Source of the DNA: an uncultured Gordonia sp.
Lineage (GTDB): Bacteria; Actinomycetota; Actinomycetes; Mycobacteriales; Mycobacteriaceae
Direction: 5' to 3'
Assembly (NCBI GenBank): GCA_964630585.1
Contig: CAZVVS010000001.1
Location: 1 to 40,775, forward strand
DNA length: 40,775 nucleotides
Part shown: one piece after another, positions 18,719-27,746 of the stretch
How positions within the stretch are numbered: position 1 is the stretch's first letter
Layout of the letters: each line of letters begins with the position of its first letter
Notes under the pieces: model-generated
What the model saw: the letters and a program-made list of their open reading frames with translations, nothing else
The model's database searches: none
What the model was told of the DNA's origin: nothing
Translations under genes and position numbers: made by a program

Positions 18719-19594
18719 TCAGCCCATCCTGACCGGTACGAACATAGCCACTATCTGCGCCGCGACGAGATTGACGATAACGATTGCGGCCACCGACAGA
18801 ACGACTGCCGCGTTGACGCCGTCGGCGACGCCTCGTGGGCCTCCCTTGGCCTCCAACCCCCGCTGACACGCGATGATCACCACCAGGAATCCGAATATCG
18901 TCGCCTTGACCATGGAGATCCAGACGTCGAGAACCGACGTGAACGACCCGAACGTCGCCCAGTAGCTTCCGGGTGTCACACTCTGCGCGCCGATCGCCAC
19001 GGCGTATCCGGCCAACACCCCCACCGTGATGATCAGGATGTTCACGAGCGGGGCTACGAGGGTCATCGCCGCCATGCGAGGTGCGACGAGACGGCGGACG
19101 GGATCGACACCCATGGTGCGCAAGGCGTCGATCTCCTCTCGGATGGTTCTCGCACCCAGGTCCGAAGCGATCGCCGAGGCGCCGGCCCCACCGAGCAACA
19201 GCCCTGTCGCCATCGGTGCACCCTGCTGGATGACGGTCATACCGCCGGCCGCGCCGATCATCGAATCCGCACCCAACTGGTGGATCAGGTTGCCGATCTG
19301 AATCGAGACCACCACCCCGAACGGGATCGCCATCAGGATCGCCGGCACGGTCGTGACGACGATGAGGAAATACACCTGGTTCATCATCTCGCGCCAGGGG
19401 AAGCGCCCACCCACCACATCGGTAACCAAGCCGCGCACCGCATCCCAAGCGAGTTCCACCGCACGCCCCAGTGTTCGGAGGCCATCGACGAAAACCGCAG
19501 ACATACTGCTGCCCACCAGCTCGCCGACCCCCTCACGCCCCGGTGTAGGACCGACGAAGTCACCGGTCGGCCGGGATTGGGCGCTCACCGTCAT
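18719..19594 (-). CDS. yrbEA: YrbEA (MlaE-family) permease
   Basis: SDLGARTIREEIDAL..MGVDP, AKGGPRGVADGVN. Confidence 0.92.
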   Translation of the reverse strand: MTVSAQSRPTGDFVGPTPGREGVGELVGSSMSAVFVDGLRTLGRAVELAWDAVRGLVTDVVGGRFPWREMMNQVYFLIVVTTVPAILMAIPFGVVVSIQIGNLIHQLGADSMIGAAGGMTVIQQGAPMATGLLLGGAGASAIASDLGARTIREEIDALRTMGVDPVRRLVAPRMAAMTLVAPLVNILIITVGVLAGYAVAIGAQSVTPGSYWATFGSFTSVLDVWISMVKATIFGFLVVIIACQRGLEAKGGPRGVADGVNAAVVLSVAAIVIVNLVAAQIVAMFVPVRMG

Positions 19595-20853
19595 GGCTTC
19601 GCCGCCCGCTGCACCGGTGGTTCCTGATGAACGGACCGGTCCGGATCGACGGCATCACTCGCACCCACGACGCCCGCTTCGACGAGTTCATCAATCTGCG
19701 ACGGCCCGTACCCCATCTCGGCCAGCAGCGCCGTCGTAGATTCACCCAGCAAGGGAGCCCGTCCCCGGGCCCGTGGCGCCCCGTCGGCAACGATAGGCGT
19801 GTTGATCATGATGTCCTCGCCATGCCGCTCGCGGTCTCGGACGAACATCCCGCGGGCGGCGAACTGCTCGTCGTCGACGACCCGATCGATGGAATTGACC
19901 GGCCCGCACGCGATCCCCTCGTCGCGCAGGCGCACGATCCAGGATTCTGCGGAATCCGTGGCGAGGCTGCGGGTCAAGATCTCGGCGAGGGCATGCCGAT
20001 TCTGGAACCTCGAATACTCGGTGGCGAATCGATCGTCGCTGCTCAGATCGATATCGAGAACCGTACACAGCCGTCCCCATTGGCGGTCGACCGCTCCGAT
20101 CACCAGCGACTGGCCGTCTCCGCAGACGAAGGCCTGATAGGGCGCGGCGAGACGATGGGCGGTGCCGAGTGGTCCGGGGACCTCCTCGGTGGCGACGTAG
20201 TCGGCGACCTCCCACACCGACCACCCGGCCACTGTGTCACTGAGGGCGACGTCGAGGTGCGCGCCGACCCCTGTCGCGCGGGCGCGCAGCAATGCGGCGA
20301 GCACACCGATCGATCCCCACATCCCGCAGCCGAGATCCGAGATCGGGAAGCCGGCCTTGGCGATCTCGCCTTCGTCCGCACCTGTGACGCTCATCAATCC
20401 GCCGTAGGCCTGGGCCACGAGGTCCACCGCTTTGGCGTCGCGCATCGGCCCGTTCTGGCCGAAGCCGGAGATCGAGCAATACACGAGTGCCGGGCAGTCG
20501 TCCTTGAGGTCGTCGTAGCCGAGGCCGAGCCCCGACAGCGCGCCGGTTCGGAAGTTCTCGACGAGTACGTCGCTGGCAGCGGCGAGGCGGGCAAGGATGT
20601 CGCGGCCCTCGGACGATTTGAGATCCACCGCAAGACTGCCCTTGTCGCGATGAGTCAGGGCAAACGGGAGAGGAGCCTTGCCCGGCCCCAACAGACGCCG
20701 TCGCATCCCGTCGCCGTTGACCGGTTCGATCTTGATCACATCGGCACCCAGATCGGAAAGGATCATCGTGCAATACGGCCCCGCCAGAGCGCCGGTGATG
20801 TCGAGGACGCGGACACCGTCGAGAAACGGCGCGGCAATGCCGGGCTGTGACAT
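19591..20853 (-). CDS. Family III (CaiB/BaiF) CoA-transferase
   Basis: LDGVRVLD, AGPYCT, ENFR, catalytic-type Asp in PISDLGCG; AAAGGGG RBS before ATG 20853. Confidence 0.92.
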   Translation of the reverse strand: MSQPGIAAPFLDGVRVLDITGALAGPYCTMILSDLGADVIKIEPVNGDGMRRRLLGPGKAPLPFALTHRDKGSLAVDLKSSEGRDILARLAAASDVLVENFRTGALSGLGLGYDDLKDDCPALVYCSISGFGQNGPMRDAKAVDLVAQAYGGLMSVTGADEGEIAKAGFPISDLGCGMWGSIGVLAALLRARATGVGAHLDVALSDTVAGWSVWEVADYVATEEVPGPLGTAHRLAAPYQAFVCGDGQSLVIGAVDRQWGRLCTVLDIDLSSDDRFATEYSRFQNRHALAEILTRSLATDSAESWIVRLRDEGIACGPVNSIDRVVDDEQFAARGMFVRDRERHGEDIMINTPIVADGAPRARGRAPLLGESTTALLAEMGYGPSQIDELVEAGVVGASDAVDPDRSVHQEPPVQRAAKP

Positions 20854-20868
20854 GTGACCCCTTTCAGC

Positions 20869-20942
20869 GGTCCGAATTGTGGACCTATGGACCGCAATGT
20901 GGTCTTGGTGGCAAGATAAGCCCGCAGGCACGCGGGCGTCAA
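20869..20942. promoter_or_regulatory. Divergent control region: two IclR-like palindromes and the mce operon promoter
   Basis: GTCCGAATTGTGGAC (20870-20884) and GACCGCAATGTGGTC (20890-20904); - strand TTGACG (20937-20942), 18 nt, TATCTT (20913-20918). Confidence 0.6.
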
Positions 20943-20986
20943 GGGCCTCCGGGGCGAGCGCCGATCGTGAAGAAGGGAAAAAACGT

Positions 20987-22240
20987 ATGTCGTCGGGTTT
21001 TCGAAAGCACCTCTTTCCGCTTGACCATCCCCGTTTGGCAGAGGTCGGGGACCTCGATCCGTACGAGTACGCAGACGCCATGAGGGCCCACCCGATCGCC
21101 GGCCCCATGGTGCAGGCATGGCTGGACGGGTTCGAGAATCTGTCGTTCCGGGGGATCACCACCAATGAGTCAGTGGTCGACGGTCTGCTGGAACTCGGTG
21201 GCGACGAGGGCGCCCCTACGACCCAGTCCGTCCGCGCGGCTACGGTCCTGCTCGCCTCGCTGTCCGACGACCAACGGAATTCGCTGTGCCACCCGCTCGA
21301 CAGCAAGGTGTGGCGGGCGTGGATGAACCCCGAGTTCTATGTCAACCAGTTCGGCCTGCGGCTGGAGGAACTCGACGAGTCGACCCGCGGCTTTGTGCAC
21401 GACTTGTTGCGCGCGGGAACCAGCGACTCGGGCTACCGCAAGATCGTCGACACGATGCGTGTCAACGGCTTCCTCGGTGAGGTCGTGGGACTGCCCAAAC
21501 TGCTCAACGAGAACAGCTACAACCTCAACATCTTCGGCACCCCCTCGGCCACCGAGCCGTGGGGATGGAACCTCTATGGCCACCACCTGTGTTTGAGCAC
21601 CCTTTTCATCGGCGGACAGCAGGTCTTCGCACCCGTCTTCTTCGGCGCCGAACCCAACGAGATCGACGATGGCCCCTATGCGGGCACCACGCTGTTCCGG
21701 GAGCAGGAAGTGGCCGGCGTCGAGTTAATGGCGGCACTGTCCCCCGAGCAACGCGAGCAGGCTGTCCTGTACACCCGAAAGCGGGACCCGGCGATGCCCG
21801 AGGGTCGCGTGCATCCCGGCGATGAGCTCCATCTCGGGGGTGCTTTCCAGGACAACCGGGTGATTCCCTACGAAGGGCTGCCGATCGGCGACGCCAGCCC
21901 AACGGTCGTCGAACTGGTCGTCGGGCTGGTCGAGAAATTCCTCGACTACCAGCCCCCCGGGCCGCGGGCGGCGCGGATCGCCGACGTCCGCCGCCATCTC
22001 GACCAGACCCATCTGTGTTGGATCGGCGGAACCTCCCTCGGCGACACCTTCTATTACCGCATCCAGAGCCCGGTGATCATGGTCGAGTTCGATCATCATG
22101 CGGGGATCTTCCTCGCCAATCCCGAGCCCGAACATTTCCACATCCACACCGTGGTGCGGTTCCCCAACGCCAACGACTACGGCGTCGATCTGGTACGCCG
22201 TGCCACTGGGACTGCACATACTCTCCAAGGCCGGGCATGA
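20987..22240 (+). CDS. DUF3500 domain protein, copy 1
   Basis: WRAWMNPE, GLRL, PWGWNLYGHH, FYYRIQSPVIMVEFDHH, HIHTVVR.PN.NDYG; AAGGGA RBS before ATG 20987. Confidence 0.85.
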   Translation: MSSGFRKHLFPLDHPRLAEVGDLDPYEYADAMRAHPIAGPMVQAWLDGFENLSFRGITTNESVVDGLLELGGDEGAPTTQSVRAATVLLASLSDDQRNSLCHPLDSKVWRAWMNPEFYVNQFGLRLEELDESTRGFVHDLLRAGTSDSGYRKIVDTMRVNGFLGEVVGLPKLLNENSYNLNIFGTPSATEPWGWNLYGHHLCLSTLFIGGQQVFAPVFFGAEPNEIDDGPYAGTTLFREQEVAGVELMAALSPEQREQAVLYTRKRDPAMPEGRVHPGDELHLGGAFQDNRVIPYEGLPIGDASPTVVELVVGLVEKFLDYQPPGPRAARIADVRRHLDQTHLCWIGGTSLGDTFYYRIQSPVIMVEFDHHAGIFLANPEPEHFHIHTVVRFPNANDYGVDLVRRATGTAHTLQGRA

Positions 22241-22662
22241 CCGCGGCAGCGGCGGTTTCGGCGGAGGTCGAGGTCGCGTGCCGACAAGTCGTGATTGCCT
22301 TCGCCCACCACCTCGACCACCGTGAGTTCGATGCGGCCGCGGAACTCTTCGCCCCCGACGGGGTCTGGGACCGCCACGGCGAAACACTGGTCGGGCGCGA
22401 CGCAATCCGAGAGGTCATCGCTTCGCGCGATCCGAACCAACTCGAGCGCCACGTCACCACGACCACCCTGAGCACGTCGGTATCACCCACCGAATGCTCG
22501 GTCATCAGCTACGTCCAGATTTACCGAACCACCGCTGCGGCAGAGGCGGAGACGCCGATGGTCGCGACGTCCATGCTCGGGGAGTTCCATGACACGCTGC
22601 GGATGGTCGACGGGGAATGGAAGCTGGCGCACCGCTTCGCCGTCGCCGTGATGAAGATCTAG
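22237..22662 (+). CDS. NTF2-like/SnoaL-like domain protein
   Basis: FAHHLD, LFAPDGVW, GRDAI, RH, GEWKLAHR; ATGA overlap with upstream gene. Confidence 0.85.
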   Translation: MTAAAAVSAEVEVACRQVVIAFAHHLDHREFDAAAELFAPDGVWDRHGETLVGRDAIREVIASRDPNQLERHVTTTTLSTSVSPTECSVISYVQIYRTTAAAEAETPMVATSMLGEFHDTLRMVDGEWKLAHRFAVAVMKI

Positions 22663-22705
22663 TCGCAGACCTCTTCCTATGATGGGTGGAAGCAAGGAGG
22701 CATGT

Positions 22706-23473
22706 GTGATCGAGAGCGGTGACGCCGCACCCGCGCCCGACTGTGCCATTCAGTCGGTCTTGCGGTCGCTGGCCCTGGTGGAGGCCTTGGCCGAACTTCA
22801 GCCGATCGGGCTCACCCGCCTGGCCCGCGAGCTCGGCCTTCCCAAGCCGACGGTTTCGCGCATTCTGAAGACCCTGCAGTACGCCGGGTGGGTATCGGCC
22901 CACGGTGATCCCGGAGAGGTCGAGTGGGCCATCACGGCACGAGCATTCGCTGTCGGCGCGCAGGTGATGAACGAGGTCGATCTCCGTGAGCTGGCGAGAC
23001 CGATCATCGTCGAGCTGGGTGTGGCGACCGAGGAGAACATCCATCTCTCGATACCCGACGCGCAAAGCCTGGTCCTCATCGACAAGGTGCCGTCATCTCG
23101 TCCCGTGCAGACCATCACGCACATCGGTCAGCGGGTCCCCATCTACCTCACCGGGTCTGGCCGTGCGTTCTTGTCGCGCCTCGACCCCGCAGACATCCGG
23201 GCCTACCTCCCGGACTCTGTGGAGGAGAACGCAGCCGAGGCCGCAGATCTGGCCGCCGACCTCGAGGAGGTCCGCCGTCTCGGATACGCCGTCAATCCCG
23301 GCCGCTGGCGCCCCGACGTGGCCTCGATCGCCGCCCCTGTTGTGAACCGCGACGGTGAGCCGATCGCGGCTATCTCGATCTCGATGCCGTCCTACCGTCT
23401 CGTGCCCGAGATCCGTGAAGTATTCGGGACGCTGGTGCGTGACAAAGCCGCGGAACTGAGTTCGAAACTGTGA
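22706..23473 (+). CDS. IclR family transcriptional regulator
   Basis: QSVLRSL HTH LPKPTVSRILKTL, TGSGRAFL, GYAVN..ASIAAPV; AAGGAGG RBS before GTG 22706. Confidence 0.92.
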   Translation: MIESGDAAPAPDCAIQSVLRSLALVEALAELQPIGLTRLARELGLPKPTVSRILKTLQYAGWVSAHGDPGEVEWAITARAFAVGAQVMNEVDLRELARPIIVELGVATEENIHLSIPDAQSLVLIDKVPSSRPVQTITHIGQRVPIYLTGSGRAFLSRLDPADIRAYLPDSVEENAAEAADLAADLEEVRRLGYAVNPGRWRPDVASIAAPVVNRDGEPIAAISISMPSYRLVPEIREVFGTLVRDKAAELSSKL

Positions 23474-23510
23474 CATCACAATCAGCACATCAGAGAAGTC
23501 GAGGTTGACC

Positions 23511-24413
23511 ATGCGGGATGATTCAGTAGCGGAGCAGAGGAGCGTCCGCCCCGGCCTTGGACTGGGCCGGGTGCGACACGGTGACCGCATCGTGTGCGCG
23601 TGGTACCGCCAAGGAGATCCGACCGCGCGACTGGCGACCGTCCGCGGCACGGAGTTCGACGACCTGCCGGAACTGTTGGGCGCGACCAACGGTGACTACG
23701 CTGCGATCGCCCAGGGGCGGGAGATCGCCGTCGGTTCGGGGGCGCTGCTCGTTCCGGTGGCCGATCCGCGCAAGATCCTGTGCATCGGGCAGAACTACCT
23801 GGACCATGTGAAGGAGGGAGGCCGTACCGACGGCCCCGCCCACCCGGATGTCTTCGTCAAGTGGGCAACCTCGCTGTCCGGACCGGATGAGGAAATCGGC
23901 CTGCCCCCGGAGTCGGATCAGATCGACTTCGAGTCCGAGTTGACCGTCGTGATCGGGCAGCGGTGCCGTCGGGTTCCGGTCGAGGGGGTCGCTGAGGTCA
24001 TATTCGGCTACACCGCCGCGGACGACGGTTCGGTGCGCGATTTCCAGTTCCATACCGCCCAGCGGACGGCGGGTAAGGCGTGGGACTCGCTGACACCGAT
24101 CGGACCTGTGGTCGTGCCCGCCACCGAGCTCGGTGGTGCTCGACCGGACTTGCGAATCCAGGGCTTCCTCAACGGCGAGCAGATGCAGGATGACCGAACC
24201 TCCAATCTCATGTTCGGCATACCCGAGCTGATCGCCTACATCACCACCTTCGTCACCCTCGAACCCGGAGATCTCCTACTGACCGGCACCCCGGCCGGTG
24301 TCGGCCTTGTCCGCAAACCACCGGTGCTTCTGCGCGACGGCGACGAATTCGAGGTGCGGATCGACGGCATCGGTTCGCTCCGCAACAGCTACACCGCCGA
24401 GAAGGTCGGGTAG
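23511..24413 (+). CDS. Fumarylacetoacetate hydrolase family protein
   Basis: KILCIGQNYLDH, DFESEL, DDGSVRD, GK, TLEPGD..TGTPAGVG. Confidence 0.9.
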   Translation: MRDDSVAEQRSVRPGLGLGRVRHGDRIVCAWYRQGDPTARLATVRGTEFDDLPELLGATNGDYAAIAQGREIAVGSGALLVPVADPRKILCIGQNYLDHVKEGGRTDGPAHPDVFVKWATSLSGPDEEIGLPPESDQIDFESELTVVIGQRCRRVPVEGVAEVIFGYTAADDGSVRDFQFHTAQRTAGKAWDSLTPIGPVVVPATELGGARPDLRIQGFLNGEQMQDDRTSNLMFGIPELIAYITTFVTLEPGDLLLTGTPAGVGLVRKPPVLLRDGDEFEVRIDGIGSLRNSYTAEKVG

Positions 24414-24436
24414 GACGACCGTCGGGACCGCGCCGG

Positions 24437-25267
24437 TTATCCGGGGTCGATGTCGGTGAGGTCTTCCCGAGACGGGATGAATGCGGCATCGACCCTGCCG
24501 AGGTTGGCAAACTCTGCTGTTGCCGCGCGAACGCCATTCGCCAACGAATATGGACGCAGGAGCGAACCCGTCATCACCAGCATTCCCGACTGCAGAGTCA
24601 TGCTGTGTTCCGCGAGTAATCGGGCAATCGCGGCAACCACCTCAAAGGGATTGCCCATGGCCTCAACCCCGGTAGCCGACCCGACCACTCGTCCATCCAC
24701 TTGGAGGAGCGCCCCCTCCAGTCGGAGATCCCGCACTCGCTCGGGCGGTACCGGCGGACCCACCACGATCAATCCGTCGGTCTTGTGAGTGGCGATGCCG
24801 TGCGGAATACTGCGTTTGCCCGCAACCATCGTCGGGGACCAGGGCGCGATCTCAAGCGCCGGGCAAAGACACGCGGTAGCTCTGGCAGCATCCTTTGCCG
24901 TGACGTGACGGCCACGCAAGTCTTCTCCCAGCGTGATGGCGATCTCGGCCTCCACGTATGTCTTCCCCGGACGAATCCGATAGACGGCGCCGGTGTCGGC
25001 GAATCGCGATGCAAGGATCGTTCCGACAGTTGGGCTTGGGAACCCGTCGAGGATCTGCTGGGCATGTATCGACGTGGCGGCGGCCTTGTAGCCCACTAAT
25101 CGGTCGCCAGCGTCGCACCGCTGGCGCATTGCCTCGAACTGAATGCGATACGCCTCGTCGATACCGACGTTTGGCGCCACCTCCGTGAGATCCCGCCACG
25201 TCGGCGACCACTGATCGTCGGCCATGACGAACCGGACGAGTTCAGCGATGGACGGCTCGGCGGTCAC
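24437..25267 (-). CDS. 2-keto-4-pentenoate hydratase-like protein (MhpD/FAH superfamily)
   Basis: AYRIQ, LVGYK, VEAEI, PALEI, MGNP, MTGS. Confidence 0.8.
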   Translation of the reverse strand: MTAEPSIAELVRFVMADDQWSPTWRDLTEVAPNVGIDEAYRIQFEAMRQRCDAGDRLVGYKAAATSIHAQQILDGFPSPTVGTILASRFADTGAVYRIRPGKTYVEAEIAITLGEDLRGRHVTAKDAARATACLCPALEIAPWSPTMVAGKRSIPHGIATHKTDGLIVVGPPVPPERVRDLRLEGALLQVDGRVVGSATGVEAMGNPFEVVAAIARLLAEHSMTLQSGMLVMTGSLLRPYSLANGVRAATAEFANLGRVDAAFIPSREDLTDIDPG

Positions 25268-25692
25268 CGCTCACTCACGAACAACGGGACGCTGCGTCGC
25301 GAGGTGATCAACCAGGATGGATCACGCCACTCGACGTCGACGGTGCAACGGGCGATGAGCGCGGGTGGCCTCCACGACAAGGGGGCCGCACCGGAATCCG
25401 CATAGAGGACGATCATCGATCGTGTCTGTGCCACACCGGCGCCTTTGGGTTCGACGACGAAGTTGTGTACCAGATGCGCACTAGTGCGCTCCCCGCTTGC
25501 TCTTCGCCGTTCATAGAACCCCTCGATTGCTTTCCGACCGATGAACGTCGCGCCTTCGAGCCCAATGTCGAACACCGCGTCCCGGGTGTAAAAGCTGGGG
25601 GCCAGCGCTCCGCCGTTGAAGTCGACGTCCTCCCAATACGCGCACTCGAGGGCCCAGAGCGTCGCGTGCAAACCGCCCGCAACCTCACTCAT
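25264..25692 (-). CDS. NTF2-like/SnoaL-like domain protein
   Basis: YWEDVD, FYTRDAVF, GRKAI..FY, HLVHN, WLITSR; GGGAGG RBS. Confidence 0.8.
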   Translation of the reverse strand: MSEVAGGLHATLWALECAYWEDVDFNGGALAPSFYTRDAVFDIGLEGATFIGRKAIEGFYERRRASGERTSAHLVHNFVVEPKGAGVAQTRSMIVLYADSGAAPLSWRPPALIARCTVDVEWRDPSWLITSRRSVPLFVSER

Positions 25693-25720
25693 ACGCAAGA
25701 CACCTCCCAATGCGTGGCAA

Positions 25721-26146
25721 TCAGGCGGGGTTCGCGGGCGGCACTGACTTCAGCTCCACCCTGACCAACCTGAGGACGTCGGTCTCGCTGGGGTTCTTGA
25801 CGTAGTGCAATGCTTCCGGCTCCTTCCAGACGACCGTTCGCATCGGTTCGAGACCACCGAACTCCCTGGTGTCGAGCACTACTTCATCGGTGGCACCGTT
25901 GTGGTCAACCAAGTAGCGGCCTTCGAGTAGGCAAAGCACGCTTGGCCAGCGGTGGTGATGAGGGACCTCGACATCGCCCGGCTCGATGTACACCTGCACC
26001 ACACGCACATGTTCGTTCTCAAACATCACCTCATGATGCTGCGCCGCCGCAACCGTGGCATCGAGCTCGTCGGGCCACTCCTCGGGATTGTCACCCGACA
26101 CGTACGCGACCTCGGTTCCTTGCACGCGACTCTCTTCTGTACCCAC
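25721..26146 (-). CDS. Small cupin-domain protein
   Basis: MFENEHVRV, PG..P.HHHRWP, LHYVKN, RVELK. Confidence 0.8.
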   Translation of the reverse strand: MGTEESRVQGTEVAYVSGDNPEEWPDELDATVAAAQHHEVMFENEHVRVVQVYIEPGDVEVPHHHRWPSVLCLLEGRYLVDHNGATDEVVLDTREFGGLEPMRTVVWKEPEALHYVKNPSETDVLRLVRVELKSVPPANPA

Positions 26147-26174
26147 TGTTACCCTTCCTCACTTCGCGATGGAA

Positions 26175-27746
26175 CTAGTCAGCACTGCTGAGTTGCACTG
26201 CACGCTGGCGGAGCCCGTGACGGTCCACCTTCGCGGCGGTCACCATCGGGAACGGCTCCTCACCGATCAGCGACCAATGCCGCGGCCTAGCCACGGGATC
26301 GGCATCGTCACGACCGCGCCACCAGATGTCGAGTGCATCAGCATCCAGCTCGCCCTGATGGCGGACGAACGCAAACCCGACCATCCCGAACTGTGGGTCC
26401 GGCACCGGCACGACGACCGCGTCGAGGATCTGCGGGTGGGCTTTCAATACCGCCTCGGTCTCGTCTGTGGACACCTTGATCGCGCCACTCTTGAACACAC
26501 TGTCGCCGCGGCCGGCGAACGAGTAATACCCGTCCGCATCTCGGACCAACAGGTCACCGCTGCGCCACCAACCGTCGGGGAAGTTCTTCGCCGTCAACGC
26601 GTCGTCGCCCCAGACGCCGGACGCGATCGGGCCGCGGACGAACAGTTCACCTGCCTGATCGGGTCCGGTGATCACGGCGCCAGTGTCCGGATCGCGCAAT
26701 TCGACGGTCATGCCGATCATGGGTTTGCCCACCAGGCGTCCGTCATCGTGGCGCACGCGTTCGTTGCCGAGCCCGGTGTGCATGATCGCGCCCCCACTCT
26801 CCGTGGAGCCCAAGCTCCCCATCAACTGGAGCGAAGGGAACATGGTCGCCACTGCCTCCATGACATCAGGCGTGATCGGTTCACCTCCCAGCATTCCGGC
26901 TCGGACGCGGTTGCCGGCGAAGCTCTCCGGATCCTGCTGATAGACGCCGCGGAACATCCGGACCATCGACGGCGTCGTGATCAGATGTGTACAGCCCTCA
27001 TCGACCAGTGCCCGTACCACCCGCGGAGGGTCGAACCGCATCACTACCTGGGTCGCGGCAGCCATCACCGCCGTCGAGTTCACGCCGAACCAGGCTGTGA
27101 AGTGCGGTGGAAAGTAGTTGAGGAAAGTGTCCTCGGGGAACAGCGAATAGGCGTACGCCATGTTGCGTTGACCCTCGAGCCAGTTCTCTTCGCAGTAGAA
27201 GATCGGCTTCGGGGGGCCGGACGACCCCGACGTGTAGGTGATGTGGGAGGTGTCGCCCGGCAACACCTCCACGTCGGGCTCTGGGGCGCCGCGGTACTGC
27301 TCGTAGATTCGCGACATACTCAGGTCACCTGGCTGCACCGGTTCACCGAATGCCAAGTAGGTCGCCACTTCCGGAATGCCCTGAGCGCGGACGCGTTCGA
27401 GCAACTCCACGGTGTCCGGAGCGTAGGCGAGGAGTGAAACGCCCACACGGTTGATCATCCACGCGATCCGTTCAACCGAGGCCCGGCCATTCATCACGAC
27501 GAGGACCGCGCCGAGCTTCTTCGCGCCGGCAACTAGCGCGCCGAGATCAGTACTGTGCGACATGGCAAGCCAGGCGATCCGGTCGCCCTTGCCGATGCCG
27601 GCCTCGGCGAGAGCGGCTGCCACTTCACGTCCGCGATCATTCAGCTCGGCGTAGGTCCACCGCAGGTCGGCATCGAGGTCGGCGATTGCGACGTTGCCGC
27701 CGTAACCCGACTCGGTCCACAGCAGGAGTTCCTTGTAAGTCTTCAC
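26175..27746 (-). CDS. Class I adenylate-forming enzyme (acyl/aryl-CoA ligase)
   Basis: YTSGSSGPPK, GSTE, WRSGDL, GR.D..KSG; GTGA overlap with the dehydratase gene. Confidence 0.88.
   Translation of the reverse strand: MKTYKELLLWTESGYGGNVAIADLDADLRWTYAELNDRGREVAAALAEAGIGKGDRIAWLAMSHSTDLGALVAGAKKLGAVLVVMNGRASVERIAWMINRVGVSLLAYAPDTVELLERVRAQGIPEVATYLAFGEPVQPGDLSMSRIYEQYRGAPEPDVEVLPGDTSHITYTSGSSGPPKPIFYCEENWLEGQRNMAYAYSLFPEDTFLNYFPPHFTAWFGVNSTAVMAAATQVVMRFDPPRVVRALVDEGCTHLITTPSMVRMFRGVYQQDPESFAGNRVRAGMLGGEPITPDVMEAVATMFPSLQLMGSLGSTESGGAIMHTGLGNERVRHDDGRLVGKPMIGMTVELRDPDTGAVITGPDQAGELFVRGPIASGVWGDDALTAKNFPDGWWRSGDLLVRDADGYYSFAGRGDSVFKSGAIKVSTDETEAVLKAHPQILDAVVVPVPDPQFGMVGFAFVRHQGELDADALDIWWRGRDDADPVARPRHWSLIGEEPFPMVTAAKVDRHGLRQRAVQLSSAD

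Noticed and set aside
10972-19594. Calling this operon mce4 (cholesterol uptake)
   Set aside because: No KstR-type box or steroid ring-degradation genes seen; proteins are compact and there is a single mas gene.
10154-21306. Long N-terminal extensions in the ORF track (starts 11458, 12891, 14069, 15037, 21306, 20879)
   Set aside because: They overlap neighbouring genes; RBS and stop-start overlaps support the shorter starts used.
22212-22227. CTGCACATAC as a tenth operator copy
   Set aside because: Right half does not match, it lies in coding sequence, and no promoter is adjacent.
23469-23498. TGTGACATCACA palindrome and CAGCACATC half-site before the FAH gene
   Set aside because: Spacer is 2 nt rather than the 6 nt of a CRP site, and the operator right half is absent.
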